In this document: in pieces, positions 7,186 to 12,877 of the stretch
How the letters are laid out: each line of letters starts with the position of its first letter
Position numbering within the stretch: position 1 is the stretch's first letter
Notes under the pieces: generated by a model
Database searches by the model: none
Told to the model about the DNA's origin: nothing
What the model saw: only the letters and a program-made list of their open reading frames with translations
Origin: Candidatus Iainarchaeum sp.
Lineage (GTDB): Archaea > Iainarchaeota > Iainarchaeia > Iainarchaeales > CSSED10-239
Reading direction: 5' to 3'
Assembly: GCA_028700905.1 (NCBI GenBank)
Contig: JAQVRT010000019.1
Coordinates: forward strand, 1 to 12,877
DNA length: 12,877 nt
Translations under genes and position numbers: made by a program

Positions 7186-8595
7186 CTACTTGACACAGCG
7201 CAGGCCGATGCGGCGGTCCCGGGAACCAGGAGTGTCGAGCAAGGTCAGGCTCAAGACCCCAGCATCAGTGCCATGGCCCCAGTGACCACCGCGCAGAAAC
7301 GCGTATTCAGCAGTAGAAGTGTCTCCAACATCACTATAAGTATAAATTCTACCAACACCATTATCTGTTGCATTATAAGTATTACTTGTAAGTAAAAATA
7401 AATCTTTATACTTTAAAGTGGTATTACCTAAATTATCAGAAGAAATATATTGGTTTTCTCCACCACCTTTGGAATAATCAAAATAATTAAAACCAGTAAT
7501 AAAGTTACTATCATCGGCATTATTAAAACCATCAGGTTGATCTTTTCTTTGTATTGTGTCACTTGTCCATTGTCTTACATTACCGGCTAAATCCCAAATA
7601 ACTTCACCATTAGTTAAAGTTAAGGTTCTTCTTTGACTCCCTGAGCTTTGGCCAGTTCCTGCATAACCATTTGTATCAATTGAAGCTTCTAAAGCTCCTC
7701 CTGGTGTTCCATCGTTATGTCCTGAATAAATATATCCCTGACCAACAGTTCCAGAAGACCAGTTAGATGGAACTTGTTCTATGTTTCGTACAATAGTCAT
7801 CCATTCATTGTTTGTTATTAAATGACCACCTATAGCTTCACAAGCAGCAATAGCTTCGGTTTGGGAAATTCTTGTAACAGGAGAGCCTTCAGGAGTTGAT
7901 ACTAATGTACCAGGAGTAGGGCATAATTCATAACTATAAGTATTATAGGTTAAAGAACCGGTATTACAATCAGGATAATCTGCTACAAGATTTCCTTTAC
8001 CATCTCCATTAACATCCATTTTCATCTCATATTTTGAAACACAAAAACCACCATTTTCATTCATAGTTCCATATAAATGATTACCAGGAACAGGAATGTA
8101 ACCTTCTGGACAAGAAGAAGGTTGTTTTATGGTTTGTAAAATATTATTCTTAGTGATCATTCTGTCATTATCAAGATAAAAAACAATATTTAAATTGTCT
8201 TCTAAAATACCATGGTCAATTACGGCAGATTGGTTTGCAGTTATTGTGATTGGAGGGTCTATAGGGTTAATATTAGTATTACCAAACAAACTATAACCAG
8301 TTATGGTTAGAGAAGTGTGAGGAGAACCATAAGGAGGTTTATATTCTAAAATGGTACGACCATTTATTGAGGTTTTTAAATGTAAATAAAAAGAAGTTTC
8401 TGATTCAGTGAAAATCTCAAGACCAGAGGCTTTGGAAAGAGAATCATTGGTAAAACCTTTTCCCCAAGAAATAATTATACCAATTATAGCAACAGCAACA
8501 ACAACTAAAAGAATAGTGGCTATAAGAGGACTTATAGCTTTTCTTTTTTTAAAAAAAGTTATAAAATAATTACCTTTAATCATAATAATCTGCAT
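7186..8595 (-). CDS. DGR target (variable) protein: archaeal type IV pilin-like N-terminus plus C-terminal FGE-sulfatase (SUMF1) / C-type-lectin-fold domain
   Basis: 469 aa. The N-terminus, KKRKAISPLIATILLVVVAVAIIGIIIS, matches the archaeal class III signal and Pilin_N pattern ([KR]-A-[IV]-S-P-[VIL]-I-x-x-[IVL]-L). From about residue 160 it shows FGE-sulfatase blocks: CPEGYIPVPG, GFCVSKYEM, ISQTEAIAACEAIGGHLITNNEWMTIVRN, GNVRQWTSD and a terminal LRGGHWG...RIGLRCVK. It lies directly upstream of the DGR-type RT on the same strand. The start is ambiguous between M1 (8595) and M5 (8583). Confidence 0.8.
   Translation of the reverse strand: MQIIMIKGNYFITFFKKRKAISPLIATILLVVVAVAIIGIIISWGKGFTNDSLSKASGLEIFTESETSFYLHLKTSINGRTILEYKPPYGSPHTSLTITGYSLFGNTNINPIDPPITITANQSAVIDHGILEDNLNIVFYLDNDRMITKNNILQTIKQPSSCPEGYIPVPGNHLYGTMNENGGFCVSKYEMKMDVNGDGKGNLVADYPDCNTGSLTYNTYSYELCPTPGTLVSTPEGSPVTRISQTEAIAACEAIGGHLITNNEWMTIVRNIEQVPSNWSSGTVGQGYIYSGHNDGTPGGALEASIDTNGYAGTGQSSGSQRRTLTLTNGEVIWDLAGNVRQWTSDTIQRKDQPDGFNNADDSNFITGFNYFDYSKGGGENQYISSDNLGNTTLKYKDLFLLTSNTYNATDNGVGRIYTYSDVGDTSTAEYAFLRGGHWGHGTDAGVLSLTLLDTPGSRDRRIGLRCVK
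7189..7326 (-). other. Putative DGR variable region (VR) including a GC-rich IMH-like 3' end: the last 46 codons of the target gene
   Basis: Hand count gives 81 of 130 nt G+C (62%) for 7191-7320, against 13/60 in 7131-7190 and 19/60 in 7321-7380. Coding-strand adenine is only 16/130. There are no AAY codons, and the codons around the invariant Trp are all NNY (CAC TGG GGC CAT GGC ACT GAT GCT). The island maps exactly onto the ligand-facing C-terminal segment (RGGxW...G[FL]RC) that is the VR in CLec-fold DGR targets. Confidence 0.7.
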
Positions 8596-8708
8596 ATATA
8601 CCTATATAAAAATATATTTAAATATAAGAACAATATATTTATAAAGATAATTAAAAGAGATAAATAGTTTAAAAAATAATAAATTTTAAATTAAATAAAG
8701 AAAAAAGA

Positions 8709-8924
8709 TTATTTTGTTTTTTTAACAAAATAATCAATATCTTTTCCAATACTTGAAAAATCAACCTTAACATTATTTACAGCCATTTTATCTAAGAAAT
8801 CTTTATAAGATATACCTGCAATATCTGCAGCCTCTGATAAAGACAGGCTTTTATTTTCATAAGCCTTAAAAACAATAGCAAGCCTAGATTCATCTATATT
8901 AGAAGTAATATTTGTTTTACTCAT
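8709..8924 (-). CDS. UPF0175-family-like small helix-turn-helix protein (antitoxin-like)
   Basis: 71 aa. LAIVFKAYENKSLSLSEAADIAGISYKDFLDKMAVNNVKV resembles the UPF0175 pattern (...Y..G.lSlg.AAelaGms...F...L...gi). No PIN or other toxin ORF is adjacent. Confidence 0.5.
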   Translation of the reverse strand: MSKTNITSNIDESRLAIVFKAYENKSLSLSEAADIAGISYKDFLDKMAVNNVKVDFSSIGKDIDYFVKKTK

Positions 8925-9032
8925 AAATATATTGTAAACATAACCTTTTTAAAACATTATTTTTACAACCAAAAAGAAGTATTATATTATCTTCTCTACA
9001 GTAATATATAAAAAAGAAAAAGAAAAACAAAC

Positions 9033-11165
9033 ATGCTATCAAAAGAAGAAATTATTCAAAAAATATTAGACATTAACAAATACGAAAAATTAAATCCTAT
9101 GCAAAACTTAGCAAAAGAACATATAGGAACAAACACACTTATCACAACACCAACTGCATCTGGTAAAACAACAGTCTTTGAAATGTATATGCTTGATTGT
9201 TTATTAAACAAAAAAAAGAAAGCAATTTACATCTCTCCTTTAAAAGCATTAACAACTGAACATTACTTAGAAACTAAAAGAAAATTTTCAAAAGAATTTA
9301 ACCTAAAAGTAGGCCTTTCAACTGGAGATTTAGATTCAAGTAATAAATATTTAGAACAATATGATGTTTTATTTTTAACATATGAAAAATTTGATTCAAT
9401 TCTAAGACATCAACCTTCATGGTTAAAAAATGTTGGACTTTTAACAATTGATGAAATTCATGAGCTTGGATCAAATAGAGGCTCAACCTTAGAAGTTATA
9501 ATTACACAACTAAAACATAGTTATAAAGAAATTACTCTTCTAGGTTTATCTGCAACAATAAAAAACTCAAAAGAAATATCTGATTGGCTTTCTGCAAAAC
9601 TAGTTTTAAGTAATTATAGACCTGTACCTTTAGAAACTGGTGTTTTTTATAATGACAATATATATTTTGAAGATAGAAAAGAAGATTTAACTTCTCTTGC
9701 TGTTAAAAATATTAATTTAGGATCAATAATTAAAGATACCTTAAATAAAGAAAAACAAATAATTGTATTTTGTGCATCTAGAAAAAATGCAATGTCATTT
9801 GCAAAAAAATATGGAAAAATAATATCAAGCCACATTACTCCTGAAGAATATAAAAAATTAAGAGAAGTTTCAAAAGAAGCTCTTGAAGCTTTAGAGAATC
9901 CTACAAAACAATGTGAAGAACTTTCTCTTTCTCTTTTAATGGGTTCAGCATTTCATCATGCAGGACTTGTATATAAACAAAGAGAGGTTGTTGAAGAAAA
10001 TTTTAAGAGAGGAAATATTAAAGCAATCTTTGCAACACCTACTCTTGCTGCAGGAATAAATCTTCCAGCATATAGAGTAGTTATTAATAGTGTGTTTAGA
10101 TTTTCAGAAGGTTCAATGGTTCCAATACCAGTAAATGAATTTCAACAAATGGCAGGAAGAGCTGGAAGACCTAAATATGATAAAAAAGGAGAAGCTATTT
10201 GTGTTGTAAATAAAGAAGGAGATATTCCAAAGATATATAACACATATATTGTATCAGGTCCCTCAAACATAGATTCTCAACTTTCTAAAATTAATATTTT
10301 AAGAGGACATTTACTTTCTATGATTCTTGTAAATGAAATAAAGAGTATTGAAGATTTAATTAATTATTTATCAAAAACATTTTACTATTTTACATATGGA
10401 GATAATCACGAAATTAGAAAAAACATACAAGAAATTGCACACGAATTCTACGAATATGGTTTTTTAGAAAAAAAAGAAAATGGTTTTCTAATAACCCCAC
10501 TAGGTAAGAAAGTATGTTATCTTTATATAGATCCATTATCTGCAAATAGTATTCTTAAAGATTTAGAAATTAAAAAGAATAAAGAAACAAAAATAATAGA
10601 TAAAATATTTACAGTTTCAAACACAACAGAAATGTATCCTTATTTAAAATACAAACAAGAAAAAGAAAATACTCTTTTTACAACTTTTGAAGAACTTAGA
10701 CAAAATATTTTCTTTGATTATGAAGATATTTATCTTTTACAAAAAATTTATTTAACAAAACTTATAGCAGACTGGATTGAAGAAAAAGAAGAAAACTATA
10801 TAATTGACGAATATAACACAACACCTGGACAGATTAGAGATTTAATTTCAAAAGCAGAATGGATCTGTCATTCTACAATAGAGCTTTTAAAACACACACA
10901 AGCAAGCATAATATCAATCAAAGAATACTCAAATCTTTTATTAAGAATTAAGTATGGTATAAAACAAGAATTAGTCTCATTAGTTGAACTTAAAAATATA
11001 GGAAGAGTTAGAGCAAGAAGATTATTTAATAATGGAATAAAAAGTGTTAATGATATAAAAAATAATCCAGATAAATTTATTAATTTAATTGGAAAATTTG
11101 GACTTGAGACTTTAAAAGAATTAAAAATAGATTACAAAGAAAAAACAATAAATGAAAAAATCTAA
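9033..11165 (+). CDS. hel308: Ski2-like ATP-dependent DNA helicase Hel308
   Basis: 710 aa. Superfamily 2 motifs are present: motif I TPTASGKT, motif II DEIH, motif III SAT and motif VI QMAGRAGRP. The C-terminal helix-hairpin-helix-like segment (IGRVRARRLFNNGIKSVNDI) is typical of domain 5 of archaeal Hel308/Hjm. Confidence 0.88.
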   Translation: MLSKEEIIQKILDINKYEKLNPMQNLAKEHIGTNTLITTPTASGKTTVFEMYMLDCLLNKKKKAIYISPLKALTTEHYLETKRKFSKEFNLKVGLSTGDLDSSNKYLEQYDVLFLTYEKFDSILRHQPSWLKNVGLLTIDEIHELGSNRGSTLEVIITQLKHSYKEITLLGLSATIKNSKEISDWLSAKLVLSNYRPVPLETGVFYNDNIYFEDRKEDLTSLAVKNINLGSIIKDTLNKEKQIIVFCASRKNAMSFAKKYGKIISSHITPEEYKKLREVSKEALEALENPTKQCEELSLSLLMGSAFHHAGLVYKQREVVEENFKRGNIKAIFATPTLAAGINLPAYRVVINSVFRFSEGSMVPIPVNEFQQMAGRAGRPKYDKKGEAICVVNKEGDIPKIYNTYIVSGPSNIDSQLSKINILRGHLLSMILVNEIKSIEDLINYLSKTFYYFTYGDNHEIRKNIQEIAHEFYEYGFLEKKENGFLITPLGKKVCYLYIDPLSANSILKDLEIKKNKETKIIDKIFTVSNTTEMYPYLKYKQEKENTLFTTFEELRQNIFFDYEDIYLLQKIYLTKLIADWIEEKEENYIIDEYNTTPGQIRDLISKAEWICHSTIELLKHTQASIISIKEYSNLLLRIKYGIKQELVSLVELKNIGRVRARRLFNNGIKSVNDIKNNPDKFINLIGKFGLETLKELKIDYKEKTINEKI

Positions 11166-11195
11166 AATAAGATTTTTCCATTTCAACTAATTAAA

Positions 11196-11480
11196 TTATT
11201 TTTTCTTTTTTAATGGTTTTTTTGCATTTGAAACAATTTTGTCTGCAAGTTCACTTGTTTTTTCAGAAAAAACTGAAAGTCTCATAGTAACCCATACAAC
11301 AATAATAGTTACAATTATAGCATATAAAAACATTGCAATAATTGTTCCTGCACTTCCAAAAATTGAAGTAAATAATGCTTTAATAGCATCATTCCATGCA
11401 AGAGCTGCAACAAGACCAAAAGCACTTGTCATCAAAACATTTATTCTTTCAATAACTTCTTTTTTCATATTTTTATTCAT
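11196..11480 (-). CDS. Small membrane protein, two predicted TM helices, lysine-rich C-terminal tail
   Basis: 94 aa. It has two hydrophobic segments (VLMTSAFGLVAALAWNDAI and TIIAMFLYAIIVTIIVVWVTM) and a basic tail ending in KKPLKKKK. It is preferred over the overlapping antisense ORF 11239-11493 because of its helix pattern and its sensible start context. Confidence 0.6.
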   Translation of the reverse strand: MNKNMKKEVIERINVLMTSAFGLVAALAWNDAIKALFTSIFGSAGTIIAMFLYAIIVTIIVVWVTMRLSVFSEKTSELADKIVSNAKKPLKKKK

Positions 11481-11505
11481 CTCCTTTTTTTAAAAAATAG
11501 AAAAA

Positions 11506-12765
11506 TTAACCAATATTTTCTTTTTTAATAAGCTCTCTTATTAAAACTGTAGCATATTGCCCTTTATCTAATACAAAAGAGATTGTGGCCTTCATTTGTC
11601 CAATATTCAAATTATCTTCTTCTATAGAAATTAACTTTAATTCTTTTGGAAAAGTTATAACTGGCCTAAAATCTCCTTTACAAGAAAGAACAGAATAATC
11701 TTTATTAAAAAAATGTCTAAAATCAATTCCTTCTCTTTTAAAAATTTCTTTTTCAATTTCTCCTGCCCTACCATCTAAAAATTTAGAATCATAACCAAAT
11801 AAAGGTAAATGTAAAACCCCATTTATTACATAATCACCATCTAATGGTTTTAAAAATAAACCTTTGTCAATCCTATAATTAATAATTTCATTAAATAAAT
11901 AAGATTGATAAGCATGAATAAATAAATATTGCATAGATTTTGAAAGAGATTTAAAAGCTCCTAAATAATCTTCAGGATTATTTGCTAAATGATTTAAAAT
12001 AGGAACTTCAAAACCAGATTTAGATGGAAAAGAAGAAGCCCATTTTTTAAAATCATTTGTTTTTAAAATATCTTCTCTAGCATTTTTTAAATCTTGATCT
12101 TCATAAGGAGAAGGAGAAGTTAAGTATAACATAATTGCTTTTTTATATTCTTTTAATATTAAATGTTTGCCAACCTTAGCAGTAACTTCCCTTGCTCCAC
12201 CAAATCTTTGTTCGCCGAAATAATTAATTAATCCTTTTTGATTTATTTCAAGAAAATTTGTTTCAATAATTTCTTTTATTTCTTCTTTTGATAATCCTTC
12301 TATTTGTCTAATAGTTATAATAAATCTATTTTCTTTTAAATCACCAATATCTATTTTTTTAAAAGACCAAAAAGGGTTATATGTTTTAATATCTTTAAAA
12401 TAAAATTTTGAAAGTCTTTCCAATTCAGGATTATAAAGAGAAATTTTTTGAGAAGAAATAGATCTTTTATCTTTTAAGCCAGCATAACCAAATCTATACT
12501 TTGAAAGTCTTAAAAATCTTGACATTTGAGAAATTGCTTGCATAGTTGAAAGGTTATGTTTTTCCATATCAAGAATTAAATGATCTTTTCCTTCTTCTTT
12601 ATTTTCAAATATTTTTTCCCAATCAATAGTTTCTATTTTTTTATCAGGTAAGTATTTTACAGAAGTTTCATAATCTAAACCAATTTCCTCAACAATAAAG
12701 TCTTGTGGAAGTTGTTTTATTCTTCCACCTAAACCTTTTGTATCTGTAACATATCTATAATCCAT
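11506..12765 (-). CDS. truD: tRNA pseudouridine synthase TruD/Pus7 family
   Basis: 419 aa. It carries the N-terminal GGRIKQLPQDFIVEE and the catalytic-Asp block FGYAGLKDKRSISSQ (TruD signature G.KD..A.T.Q). It also has NYFGEQRFG and a C-terminal TRUD-type region. Confidence 0.88.
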   Translation of the reverse strand: MDYRYVTDTKGLGGRIKQLPQDFIVEEIGLDYETSVKYLPDKKIETIDWEKIFENKEEGKDHLILDMEKHNLSTMQAISQMSRFLRLSKYRFGYAGLKDKRSISSQKISLYNPELERLSKFYFKDIKTYNPFWSFKKIDIGDLKENRFIITIRQIEGLSKEEIKEIIETNFLEINQKGLINYFGEQRFGGAREVTAKVGKHLILKEYKKAIMLYLTSPSPYEDQDLKNAREDILKTNDFKKWASSFPSKSGFEVPILNHLANNPEDYLGAFKSLSKSMQYLFIHAYQSYLFNEIINYRIDKGLFLKPLDGDYVINGVLHLPLFGYDSKFLDGRAGEIEKEIFKREGIDFRHFFNKDYSVLSCKGDFRPVITFPKELKLISIEEDNLNIGQMKATISFVLDKGQYATVLIRELIKKENIG

Positions 12766-12768
12766 AAT

Positions 12769-12877
12769 TTAAAGTTCCTTTACATATATTGGAAGCATAT
12801 TTTTATCCATATTAATTACAACTTCTTTTTTCAAAGATTTATTTTCTAAAACTAAACAAGGAGTTAAACCATAATTT
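12769..12877 (-). CDS. 3' end of an unidentified protein-coding gene that enters from the right window edge
   Basis: Hand translation of the minus strand gives ...NYGLTPCLVLENKSLKKEVVINMDKNMLPIYVKEL, ending at TAA (complement of 12769-12771), 3 nt before the truD ATG. Only 35 residues are visible, too short for a family call. Confidence 0.4.
   Translation of the reverse strand, partial: NYGLTPCLVLENKSLKKEVVINMDKNMLPIYVKEL

Noticed and set aside
7189-7326. The GC-rich patch as an assembly chimera or a foreign DNA insertion rather than a VR.
   Set aside because: The reading frame and the ordered FGE/CLec motifs continue without interruption across both boundaries. The patch ends within a few nt of the stop codon and lies next to a DGR-type RT. 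A chimera cannot be fully excluded without read-level data.
9298-9486. A 62-aa minus-strand ORF from the track.
   Set aside because: It lies entirely antisense within the well-supported hel308 CDS. It is low-complexity and hydrophobic, and such ORFs are typical artefacts of AT-rich sequence.
9647-9835. A 62-aa minus-strand ORF from the track.
   Set aside because: It lies antisense within hel308 and has no recognisable motif. I consider it spurious.
11239-11493. An 84-aa plus-strand ORF from the track.
   Set aside because: It is the mirror image of the 94-aa minus-strand membrane-protein gene. The minus-strand product has a coherent two-helix architecture and fits the surrounding strand and operon layout.

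Overview
This is a very AT-rich, tightly packed archaeal window of roughly 25-30% G+C by eye. The composition and gene content suggest a DPANN-type small genome, but that is inference. Most genes are information-processing housekeeping genes, nearly all on the minus strand: CCA-adding enzyme (partial, left edge), a membrane-anchored hypothetical, a Fap7/adenylate-kinase-like P-loop protein, aCPSF1/FttA, proteasome beta subunit, a long FKBP-type PPIase, Hel308 helicase (plus strand), a small two-TM protein, TruD/Pus7, and the 3' end of one more gene at the right edge. Between the FKBP gene and hel308 lies an accessory cassette (about 5557-9032) that I read as a diversity-generating retroelement (DGR). 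It has a 336-aa reverse transcriptase carrying DGR-clade hallmarks (IGNLTSQ, YVDD). It also has a 469-aa target protein with an archaeal type IV pilin-like signal peptide and a C-terminal FGE-sulfatase/C-type-lectin-fold domain. The last 46 codons of the target gene (7189-7326) form a sharp island that is 62% G+C and adenine-depleted on the coding strand, which is what a DGR variable region looks like. The cassette is atypical: I find no template repeat anywhere in the window and no Avd-like accessory ORF. The two non-coding spacers flanking the RT are long for this genome and hold only small hairpins. A small UPF0175-like HTH gene sits upstream of the target gene. All family assignments come from motif recognition by eye, and no searches were run.
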